A program made the position numbers and the translations under genes. Positions 30,393-38,908 of a stretch of DNA of 52,754 nucleotides are shown in pieces (the first letter of the stretch is position 1; every line of letters starts with the position of its first letter). The notes under the pieces were generated by a model. The model did no database searches. It had not been told where the DNA came from and saw nothing but the letters and a program-made list of their open reading frames with translations. The stretch covers positions 74,513-127,266 of the forward strand of contig JBFXJJ010000007.1 of NCBI GenBank assembly GCA_050175015.1, given 5' to 3'. The stretch comes from Alphaproteobacteria bacterium (GTDB lineage: Bacteria > Pseudomonadota > Alphaproteobacteria > JBFXJJ01).

Positions 30393-32618
30393 ATGGCCGA
30401 AGAAAAATTAGATAATGAAATAAAACAGGCTTTAGAGGCTTTTTTTGATAGTCAGGTTAGCATTTATGAAGCGGGGGAAGGCTCTGATAGACCTAAAGAA
30501 TTTTTAGACAGACCTTTTGTTGATCTTCTTCCTGCCAGCAAAACCTATTTTGTTGAATCCTTAAAGCAAGATCTTAAAGGCGATGGTTCTTATGCTTTAA
30601 CGGTGAACGAACCATTCAAAAATGGTTCTTTAGATACTAAAGCAAGTAAGACTTTTCAAGCGATTGAAGAGCGTTTTAATAAGGTTAAGCCTGATCAAAA
30701 ATTGTTTGTAATTGATGCCGATAGTATTCGTTCCCGCTATGCTATGGACGAATCTTTTGACCGTAGTCTAGGTAAGAGCATTATCGAATATGTTAAAGAG
30801 AAAAAACTAAAATATGGCGTAGAAAACAATTTCCCTGCTGCTAAAGAAAATGTAGAACATTTAATTGATTCAGCGTTTAAAGCAACAAGCGCATTTTCAA
30901 GAACACAGCCAGCTAATGTTACAGAAGAAAATCTAAAAGGTGATTTTTGTGTAAGTTTAGTTGTGGTTCAGAATCCTGATGATTTGCAGAAAAAATGGAT
31001 GGTTCAGGTGCCAGGTGTTCCTGAAAGAATGGAGAGAGATGGTTTAACACACGATAATCTCTGCCGTTTTACAATTTATCATGAATTTGGGCATGCTCTT
31101 GATGATTTAAGCAATAGAGGTAAGGTTCCTTATTTAATAGAAGCCAATCCAGAAAAAATTATGACTCGTTACCGCAAAGAATGTTTTGCTGATGCTCACG
31201 CTGTGTTGCAGATGGCAAGAGATGATAAGCATACTAGATCTGGGGAGCTTTTAGCTGATATTAGAATTTCTAATGTCTCTCGCAGGGTTCTGGACCTGCA
31301 AGGCAAAAAAGGCAAAGATGCTGTTAAGCCTGACATTGAAAAAAAATTAGAAAAAATGCAAAAAGCCCAAGTTATAGATGAAAACGAAAGCAAATCATCT
31401 AAAGCCATTAGGAAGCTTGAAGAATATGACGAAAAGTACAGCGACATCTCAAAAATAGGCGACCATATGGCATATTACACAACTCCAGTTGTTGATGCTG
31501 CGGTTGAATTTGCCAAAAAAGGACTTGCAGATGGCTCGCTTTTGAAGATGAGCGATGAGGAAGTTTTAAAAGCCTGCCGCCAGCTTGTTAATGATAATAC
31601 ACTTTCAAATGATCGTATGAGTGAACTTAGATTAGATATTTTTAAAGGAAATTTTGAAAATCCAGATATTAAGACTATTCAGGCTCGTTCACTTATTGCT
31701 GATAATAATATGCCAATTCCTCGTGAAAATATTTTGAGTGAAGCTGAGCAAACTAAAGAAAAAATGAAAGCATCAAACGATAGAAAACTTAAAGCAATGC
31801 TTGGAATTCCTGTCGAAAAACCAGCTTCGGCGCCGGTTAATCCAACAGATCTTCTGAAAAAGATATCTGATGAACAGAGTTTAAAGAATTGGAGTGCTGG
31901 CATTATTGATCGTATTGAAGAAAGCGGTTATACCAAAGAAGGCATTATTAAAATTACTAAAGAAGAGAAAGATGAAATTAGACAATATCATGGTAGAACA
32001 CCAGATACATTAAGAGAAGCTAAGCTTAAGTTTCTTAATGATGCCCTGCTTGCTCACCCAGATGTTTATATTGCAAAATCAAAAACAAGAGTAACTGTAA
32101 GAAACAGTATAGAATCTGTCAAAACAGTTGGTTCTTCAGAAAACAGAGAAAACACCGTTTCTGAATTCTTAAAATTGAAAGTAGCCGCAGCTAATTACGC
32201 ATCAGATTCAGTTGAAAACGCTATGAAAACAGATTTGTCAAGCTTAAGCCCGGAAGAGTTTTTAAAAGCAAAGAATAGAGAAGTTGTTAACTATAATAAA
32301 ACGTTGATAGCCGAAAAAACCTCGCAGGAAGTAGCATTTGCTATTTGCCGTAATAAAGAGGAATTTGATTTTCTAAGAAAAACAAGTCCTAGCACAGCAG
32401 AGTTGGTGCAGAACGCAGCTAAAAAAAGACACCCAAGCTGGATGGAAGATTATCATATGGCTTTTGCATCAAATGATAAGTCTCAGTTATCAACAACGTT
32501 GAAAAAAATAGCCGCGTATGGTCAAGGGGTTGTTGATATCAATAAAAAGCTTGAGCTCAAAGAGCAGAATCATGCGATGGCTATTGCTTTAAGAAGATTA
32601 AACGATGGTCGTTCTTAA
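30393..32618 (+). CDS. Uncharacterised HExxH zinc-metalloprotease-like protein, paralog 1 (741 aa)
   Basis: HEFGH at 31080-31094, then RKECFAD; shares collinear blocks with 36158 and 38909. Confidence 0.8.
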   Translation: MAEEKLDNEIKQALEAFFDSQVSIYEAGEGSDRPKEFLDRPFVDLLPASKTYFVESLKQDLKGDGSYALTVNEPFKNGSLDTKASKTFQAIEERFNKVKPDQKLFVIDADSIRSRYAMDESFDRSLGKSIIEYVKEKKLKYGVENNFPAAKENVEHLIDSAFKATSAFSRTQPANVTEENLKGDFCVSLVVVQNPDDLQKKWMVQVPGVPERMERDGLTHDNLCRFTIYHEFGHALDDLSNRGKVPYLIEANPEKIMTRYRKECFADAHAVLQMARDDKHTRSGELLADIRISNVSRRVLDLQGKKGKDAVKPDIEKKLEKMQKAQVIDENESKSSKAIRKLEEYDEKYSDISKIGDHMAYYTTPVVDAAVEFAKKGLADGSLLKMSDEEVLKACRQLVNDNTLSNDRMSELRLDIFKGNFENPDIKTIQARSLIADNNMPIPRENILSEAEQTKEKMKASNDRKLKAMLGIPVEKPASAPVNPTDLLKKISDEQSLKNWSAGIIDRIEESGYTKEGIIKITKEEKDEIRQYHGRTPDTLREAKLKFLNDALLAHPDVYIAKSKTRVTVRNSIESVKTVGSSENRENTVSEFLKLKVAAANYASDSVENAMKTDLSSLSPEEFLKAKNREVVNYNKTLIAEKTSQEVAFAICRNKEEFDFLRKTSPSTAELVQNAAKKRHPSWMEDYHMAFASNDKSQLSTTLKKIAAYGQGVVDINKKLELKEQNHAMAIALRRLNDGRS

Positions 32619-32648
32619 AAATAATTAGTTAGACATATTTTTGATAAT

Positions 32649-32683
32649 AAAAAACGCTCAGCCAAAAAACTGAGCGTTTTTTT
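32649..32683. terminator. Intrinsic terminator (bidirectional)
   Basis: AAAAAACGCTCAG-CCAAAAAA-CTGAGCGTTTTTTT. Confidence 0.8.
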
Positions 32684-32844
32684 GTTCAGAATCTATGATT
32701 TATGCATCATTTTAAAAAAATCCTTAACAATCCTAAAACTTTATTTAGATAAAAATTTTACTTTTGCTTTTACTAAAAGACAAGTTGAAGGTAGACGCTT
32801 GCCGCAAGACAAAATAAAAGCGTATAATTGAGTTAACATTGCTC

Positions 32845-35655
32845 TTAGTGAGCTTCTTCCCAGTTATTTGCAATTCCAGCATCAACAATTAACGGCACGG
32901 ATAGATTCACAATATCAGCCATAATGCCCTTGATTTTTTGAGCAAGATTGTCGGCATTTTCTTTCGGAGTTTCAAAAATTAATTCATCGTGTACCTGAAG
33001 CAGCATTTTGGCATTCATTGCTTCCTTCGTTATTTCTTTCTCAATTTTTATCATTGCCATTTTGATGATATCTGCTGCGCCGCCTTGGATTGGAGCGTTG
33101 ATAGCAGCTCTTTCTGCGAAACCTCTGATATTGCCATTTTTGTGATTTATACCGTCGATATAACATTTTCGCCCGAAAGGAGTTAAAACGAAGCCATTTT
33201 TACGGGCAAAAATTTTAGTTTCTTCCATATATTGATTAATTTCAGGAAACTTAGCAAAGTATGAATCGATGTATTCTTTTGCTTCGCCTCTTGAAATACC
33301 AAGTTGAGCGGCTAAACCAAAAGGTGATATGCCGTAAATTATACCAAAGTTAATGGCTTTAGCCTTGCGCCGTATAAGACTGTCCATACCTTCAATAGGG
33401 ATCCCAAAAACTTCAGAAGCAGTGGCAGCGTGAATGTCAACACCATTTTCAAAGGCTCGTTTCATCGCTGGAATATTAGCAACGTGAGCCACAAGGCGAA
33501 GTTCAACTTGAGAATAGTCGGCTGCAACTAAGCTGTAGTTTGATGGAGCAATAAAGGCTTGACGGATTTTTCTTCCTTCTTCATTACGAGCGGGTATGTT
33601 TTGCAGATTAGGATTACTTGATGAGAGACGTCCTGTTGAGGTTATCGTTTGAGCAAAGCTTGTGTGAACTCTTTTGGTTTGAGGGTTTATTTGGTTAACT
33701 AGAGCGTCGGTATAGGTGTTTTTTAACTTAGAAAATTGACGCCATTTCAGGATATACTCTGCTATTTTATGCCCTTCATCTCTTAGATTTTCAAGTGTTT
33801 CAGCGTCAGTTGACCATGAACCTGTTGCCGTCTTTTTGCCCGTATTAATTCCCATTTTTTCAAATAGAATTTCGCCAAGCTGTTTTGGCGACCCTATGTT
33901 AAATTCGGTTTCAGAAAGATTAAAAATCTCGGCTTCAAAATCTTTGATATATTTTTCAAATTCAAATTTAGCTTCATTTAGTTTAGTTGAGTCAACTAAT
34001 ATCCCCCGCTGTTCCATAGCACATAAAACATTAATTAGAGGACGCTCTATTGTTTCATAAAGAGTTACCATTTTTTCTTCAAGCAGGCGTTTTTTAAAAA
34101 AGTGCCAGAGTTTTAATGTTACATCAGCATCTTCTGCGGCATATTGAGCGGCTTCATTTAATTCAACTTCAGCAAAGTTTTTTATTCCCTTTTTCTTATC
34201 GCAGACATCTTTGAATAGAATCGTTTGATGGTTAAGGTGAATTTTTGCCAATTCGTCCATACCGTGACCATTTTTGCTGCCGTCAAGGACATAAGACATA
34301 ACCATTGTGTCATCAATCGGCGATAAAGCTAAGTTTCCTTGATAGGCTTTAACAAAAACGTGGTAGTCAAATTTAATGTTGTGCCCAATTTTTAAAAGAC
34401 CTTTATCTTCTAACAAAGGCTTAAGTTCGCTCAAGACATCTTTAAGAGGTATTTGCGGCAGAAGTTCGGTTGGTTCTGCCGTATCAAAAAAATCAAATGA
34501 GCTTTGGGCTTTTTTGGCAATATGACCAACTGGGATATAAAAAGCTTCGTTTTCCTCAAAGGCCAAAGATATTCCAACAAGGTGAGCTGAATGAGGATCA
34601 AGGCTGTCGGTTTCGGTATCAATAGCAAAGTATCCTTTTTTCTCAGCCTCTTTTAAGGTGCTTTTTAAGCTTGGTAAATCTTGTATTAATTTGTAAACAG
34701 GTGGTTTTTTGGAAGTATTATCAACTTTGATGCTGTTGTTTTCGGAATAAAGAAGCGGTTCTGATATTGTTTTGTTTTCTCGGTTGTTATTAAATTTTTT
34801 AAGCCAGCTTTCAGCTTTGGTTTTGAGGCTTCTAAATTCGTGTATTTCAATGAAATTCAAAACATCATCAAGCAAAGGAGCTTTCGTTAGAAAATCATCA
34901 ATTTTGATGTCATCTAAAGGAACATTAGGGCATAAAGTTACAAGCTTTTTAGAGATTAAAGCTAAATCTTTGTGTTCTATTAAAAGCTCTCTTCTTTTGT
35001 TTTGTTTTATTTTAGCCGCATTATCTAAAAGGTTTTCTAAAGTATCATATTCATTAATTAAAAGAGCCGCAGTTTTAACGCCGATGCCAGGAACACCTGG
35101 AATGTTGTCTGATGTATCTCCTGCAAGGGCTTGGACATCAATCACTTTTTCTGGAACAACCCCAAATTTATCGACAACTTCAGGAATATTGATAAATTTA
35201 TTTTTAATCGGGTCATAAAGTTTGATTTGATCGTTAACAAGCTGCATTAAATCCTTATCCGCAGAAATAACCGTAACTTCCATATTTTCTGCGGCGGCTT
35301 TATTTGCCAGCGTTGCAATCAAATCATCGGCTTCAAAGCCCTCTTTCTCAAGCATAGGAAGACCAAAAGCACCCACAGCATCACGAAGCAGAGGAAACTG
35401 AGGAATAAGTTCTTCAGGGGTTTCTTTACGATTGGCTTTGTAGTCAGCATAGATGTCATTTCTAAAATTTTTGCGGGCAGCATCAAAAACTACAACCGCA
35501 TATTCCGCCTGCATTTCAGAGACGAGACGCATCAACATATTGGTGAAGCCGTATACTGCGTTTACAGGTGTTCCATCTGAACGAGTCATTGGAGGAAGGG
35601 CATAAAATGCTCTGAAAATATATCCAGAACCATCAATTAAAAAAAGCCGTTTCAT
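32845..35655 (-). CDS. polA: DNA polymerase I
   Basis: LIDGSGYIFRAF (5'-3' exo), IDTET (3'-5' exo), TGRLSSSNPNLQNIP, DYSQVELR, RRKAKAINFGIIYG, LQVHDEL. Confidence 0.99.
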   Translation of the reverse strand: MKRLFLIDGSGYIFRAFYALPPMTRSDGTPVNAVYGFTNMLMRLVSEMQAEYAVVVFDAARKNFRNDIYADYKANRKETPEELIPQFPLLRDAVGAFGLPMLEKEGFEADDLIATLANKAAAENMEVTVISADKDLMQLVNDQIKLYDPIKNKFINIPEVVDKFGVVPEKVIDVQALAGDTSDNIPGVPGIGVKTAALLINEYDTLENLLDNAAKIKQNKRRELLIEHKDLALISKKLVTLCPNVPLDDIKIDDFLTKAPLLDDVLNFIEIHEFRSLKTKAESWLKKFNNNRENKTISEPLLYSENNSIKVDNTSKKPPVYKLIQDLPSLKSTLKEAEKKGYFAIDTETDSLDPHSAHLVGISLAFEENEAFYIPVGHIAKKAQSSFDFFDTAEPTELLPQIPLKDVLSELKPLLEDKGLLKIGHNIKFDYHVFVKAYQGNLALSPIDDTMVMSYVLDGSKNGHGMDELAKIHLNHQTILFKDVCDKKKGIKNFAEVELNEAAQYAAEDADVTLKLWHFFKKRLLEEKMVTLYETIERPLINVLCAMEQRGILVDSTKLNEAKFEFEKYIKDFEAEIFNLSETEFNIGSPKQLGEILFEKMGINTGKKTATGSWSTDAETLENLRDEGHKIAEYILKWRQFSKLKNTYTDALVNQINPQTKRVHTSFAQTITSTGRLSSSNPNLQNIPARNEEGRKIRQAFIAPSNYSLVAADYSQVELRLVAHVANIPAMKRAFENGVDIHAATASEVFGIPIEGMDSLIRRKAKAINFGIIYGISPFGLAAQLGISRGEAKEYIDSYFAKFPEINQYMEETKIFARKNGFVLTPFGRKCYIDGINHKNGNIRGFAERAAINAPIQGGAADIIKMAMIKIEKEITKEAMNAKMLLQVHDELIFETPKENADNLAQKIKGIMADIVNLSVPLIVDAGIANNWEEAH

Positions 35656-35836
35656 AAAATAATCCTAAAAACAGTTGTAATTTCAAAAAAACATAGTAAT
35701 TAAATAACATGATTTTATCTATTTTTATTTTATTGTATTTTTTTTGTTGAAAAAATAGACTAAAAAATGTATTTAATAAAAATGAGACAAATTTTTTTAT
35801 CTCTCTCTATGACTTTTTATGAAGGAGGCTATCAAA

Positions 35837-36112
35837 ATGGCATTAAAAGTTACAGCAGATTTTATGGAAAATGAAAAAGGCGAGATCTTGCTCGCAATTC
35901 CTGCTAGTGAAGGTGAACCTCTCGAGCCGACTCTTTCATTCAATGAAGATGCTTCCGTTGCCGAATTAAAACGCAGTAAAGGGCAAATGATTGAAATTCC
36001 TAACATTCACCCAGATATTAGAAGCAAACTTCTAAAAACAACAAAAATTCTAGTTACTGAAGTCGGTAACAATAAAATTAATAACGGATATTATGTTACG
36101 GTTACGAAATAA
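35837..36112 (+). CDS. Small partner protein A (91 aa), paralog of 38599..38889
   Basis: AAGGAGG RBS at 35822-35828 before ATG 35837; shared VTAD..EN..G..LLA, NIHPD.R.KL, KILVTEVG, NGY. Confidence 0.85.
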   Translation: MALKVTADFMENEKGEILLAIPASEGEPLEPTLSFNEDASVAELKRSKGQMIEIPNIHPDIRSKLLKTTKILVTEVGNNKINNGYYVTVTK

Positions 36113-36157
36113 ACTTTTTTGAGATGTAGTAAAAAAAATATAAGGTGAAAAATAAAA

Positions 36158-38443
36158 ATGGCTGAAATACAATTACCAAATGAAATAACAAAAGCATTAC
36201 AGGATTTTTTTCAGAATAAGGACATAACAGTTTATGAAGCAGGTTTAGAAGAAGATCGTCCTTCTAGAATTCAAGACCGTCCTTTCTTCGACGTCGTTCC
36301 TGAATCTGAGACAACATGGTTGGCAAATAAAGAAGGTGCTAAAACAGCTGGAAGTTATAAGTTAGCTTTAGGAGCTGAACAGGAACCAAATACCAATACT
36401 CTTGATACCGAAAGCCATAAATTCATTCAAGATGTAGAAAAACGTTTTCGTGATCTGCAGCCAAATGCAAAACTTTTCATTATCGATCCCGATGTTGTTA
36501 TGGGACGCTATGCTATGGATACCTCAAGAGATCGTAGCATTGGTAAATCAATGGTTGAATTTCTGCATGATAAATTAACAGAGAATAATATTACGGAACA
36601 TAAGGCAGAGCCTGGTGATGAAAGTGTTTTTGTTCCCGCATCTATTACAGGAAATTCACCATTTAGTATGCCTCTTCCAACAGGAGTTACAGAGGAAAAC
36701 CTTGCTGGTACTGGAAAAATATGTGTTGTTGTTGCTTCTAATCCAGACAAGATTATGCACGATTTATGGACTAGAGTTCCTGGCTCAGAGGAACGTATGG
36801 CTGAATTAGGAATAGATTTTGATTCAACAAGACGTATGGTTCTTTACCATGAGTTGGGTCACTCTATGGATATTTGGTCAGATAAAGGTGTTGGTAATCC
36901 TATTACAAATAATAATATTGTAGACCAGACGTTAAGACGTCATAGAACAGAATGCTTAGCCGATACGTTTGCAACCCTTCAGGTTGCTAGAGATTTTAAA
37001 TCTACAGCAACTCCAGAATTGATGGCAGACTTAAGAGCTTGCTTTGCTTATGAAGGTTTTAAAGAGGATTCTCCAGAACACCGCGCTAAAATGAAAATGT
37101 TTAGTATTCTGGGTGACGAACGGAAAAAACATGAAAAAACCAAAAAACTAGAAAAGAAAATGGGAATAGCTGAAGTTCCAACAAAAGCAACTAAAGATGT
37201 TTTGAAACTTGAAGAAACAGCTAAAGATTTTGAAGTATTAAAATCTATTGGAATGACGTTGGCTTATAATGTAACTCCAATTACTGATGTTGCGATTAAA
37301 GTTGCAAAAGAAGGTTTAAAAGACGGTTCTTTATTGAAAATGACAGATAAAGAAGTTCTTGAACTTGCGGAAAAGATTGTTGAAGAAAATGCTTTTGATA
37401 AAAACCGTTTGAATCAAGCTGCCATGGATATCTTAACAGGAAATAAAGAAAATCCAGATCTTAAAGCTATTGAAAATCGTTATCAGCAAGCTTTGTCAAA
37501 TATGCCTCTTCCTGCTAGTGAAATGGCGAAACGTTTAGAAGAAAAACAGAAAAAACAAGAAGAAGCTATTACCAAACAACTTAGAAAACAACTTCACTTA
37601 AAGGTTGAAGATGAGATAAAACCAAAGGGTAATCCGGAAGAAGTCGCATCTCTACTAAGATGGGTTGACAATGTTTACGATAATATCGAGAGAAAAGGCG
37701 GCAATCTTTCGGCTATTGTTTCTTCTGTTTCTGAAGAAAAAGATAAACTCAGAGTTGGAAAAAGTGCCGATAAGCTATATGATAAAAAACTTGCGATTTT
37801 AGATGTTATGTTTATTAATCAAGCTCCAGAAGTCGAACTTGGAATCAAGGCAAGTGCGGCTGTTGCAAAATCTATTGAAGCTTTAGATGTTAAAATTGAT
37901 GGCTTGGATGGTGTATCTGGGGTAAGTTTGATTAATGCTTTTATCCAATATGAAATGGGCAATGCTAAAAAATGTGTTGAAAACATTGCCGCTAAACAAG
38001 AAGTTGATTATGCATCAATGGATATTGTTGAACTGAATAAGGTTCAAGCCAAAGAAAATCAAGAGTATGTAGGACTTCTTTCTGGTGAGAAAATTTCTCA
38101 GGCTTTAGCTGTTAAAATTCGTACAGACAAGGAAGCTTGGAAAGTTGTGAGTGGTTCTGAGAAAATGAGAGATTTGGTTACCAAAAAAGCATTGGGACGT
38201 CCTAGTGATTGGCTTGCAAGTTACCACATTTCTTTAATCGAGAGAAGCCGGGATCGTCAAGAAGATGTACTGTCAAACATAGGGGTAAGCAATATGAACT
38301 ATGCTAGTGCTGTTAAAGAAATTAATAAGAAAGCCTCACAAATGAATGGTGTGGATAAAACTGAAATTGTTTCAGTCAAGCCTCAGAAAACGGCACCATC
38401 AATGCCAAACGTTTTAATGGCATCTAAGTTAAGTCAAAGATAA
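36158..38443 (+). CDS. Uncharacterised HExxH zinc-metalloprotease-like protein, paralog 2 (761 aa)
   Basis: HELGH at 36848-36862, then RTECLAD. Confidence 0.8.
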   Translation: MAEIQLPNEITKALQDFFQNKDITVYEAGLEEDRPSRIQDRPFFDVVPESETTWLANKEGAKTAGSYKLALGAEQEPNTNTLDTESHKFIQDVEKRFRDLQPNAKLFIIDPDVVMGRYAMDTSRDRSIGKSMVEFLHDKLTENNITEHKAEPGDESVFVPASITGNSPFSMPLPTGVTEENLAGTGKICVVVASNPDKIMHDLWTRVPGSEERMAELGIDFDSTRRMVLYHELGHSMDIWSDKGVGNPITNNNIVDQTLRRHRTECLADTFATLQVARDFKSTATPELMADLRACFAYEGFKEDSPEHRAKMKMFSILGDERKKHEKTKKLEKKMGIAEVPTKATKDVLKLEETAKDFEVLKSIGMTLAYNVTPITDVAIKVAKEGLKDGSLLKMTDKEVLELAEKIVEENAFDKNRLNQAAMDILTGNKENPDLKAIENRYQQALSNMPLPASEMAKRLEEKQKKQEEAITKQLRKQLHLKVEDEIKPKGNPEEVASLLRWVDNVYDNIERKGGNLSAIVSSVSEEKDKLRVGKSADKLYDKKLAILDVMFINQAPEVELGIKASAAVAKSIEALDVKIDGLDGVSGVSLINAFIQYEMGNAKKCVENIAAKQEVDYASMDIVELNKVQAKENQEYVGLLSGEKISQALAVKIRTDKEAWKVVSGSEKMRDLVTKKALGRPSDWLASYHISLIERSRDRQEDVLSNIGVSNMNYASAVKEINKKASQMNGVDKTEIVSVKPQKTAPSMPNVLMASKLSQR

Positions 38444-38471
38444 CACAATTTGTTTATAATTTGATTTTTTT

Positions 38472-38502
38472 AAGGAGTGCTTAGTAATAGGCACTCCTTT
38501 TT
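38472..38502 (+). terminator. Intrinsic terminator
   Basis: AAGGAGTGCTTA-GTAA-TAGGCACTCCTTTTT. Confidence 0.85.
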
Positions 38503-38543
38503 ATAATTTTTTTGACAATTATTTTATTTTTGTCCGAAAATTA

Positions 38544-38571
38544 TTGACTTGATTTTTTTTTGAAGTAAACT
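38544..38571 (+). promoter_or_regulatory. sigma70-type promoter of the partner B / paralog 3 unit
   Basis: TTGACT-N16-TAAACT. Confidence 0.55.
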
Positions 38572-38598
38572 TATTAAATAATATAAGAAAGTTATTTT

Positions 38599-38889
38599 AT
38601 GGATAGTAAAATTTTGGAAATAAGAGTTACCGCAGATATTTTAGAAAATGGCAGAGGTGATTTGCTGCTGGCTTTTCACGCAGTTGAGGGCAAGCCAGAA
38701 GCACCATCTTTTACAATAAACGAAGGAACTGGGGTTTTATCTCGAAATGCTACGCAGAATGTTGTTATTGGTAATATTCACCCCGACGTAAGGCAGAAAT
38801 TATCAAATGCTAACAAAATTTTGGTAACAGAGGTTGGTTCGCAAGGGATTGTTAATGGTTATTTTGCGAATGTAAGGGCAATGAATTAA
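38599..38889 (+). CDS. Small partner protein B (96 aa), paralog of 35837..36112
   Basis: About 42 identities over 91 aa with partner A by manual alignment; ends 19 nt before paralog 3. Confidence 0.85.
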   Translation: MDSKILEIRVTADILENGRGDLLLAFHAVEGKPEAPSFTINEGTGVLSRNATQNVVIGNIHPDVRQKLSNANKILVTEVGSQGIVNGYFANVRAMN

Positions 38890-38908
38890 AAAATAAGGAG
38901 AATTCAAG

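Noticed and set aside
35837-38889. HPD tripeptide in the small partner proteins as a J-domain
   Set aside because: The surrounding sequence looks beta-rich and lacks the J-domain helical pattern.
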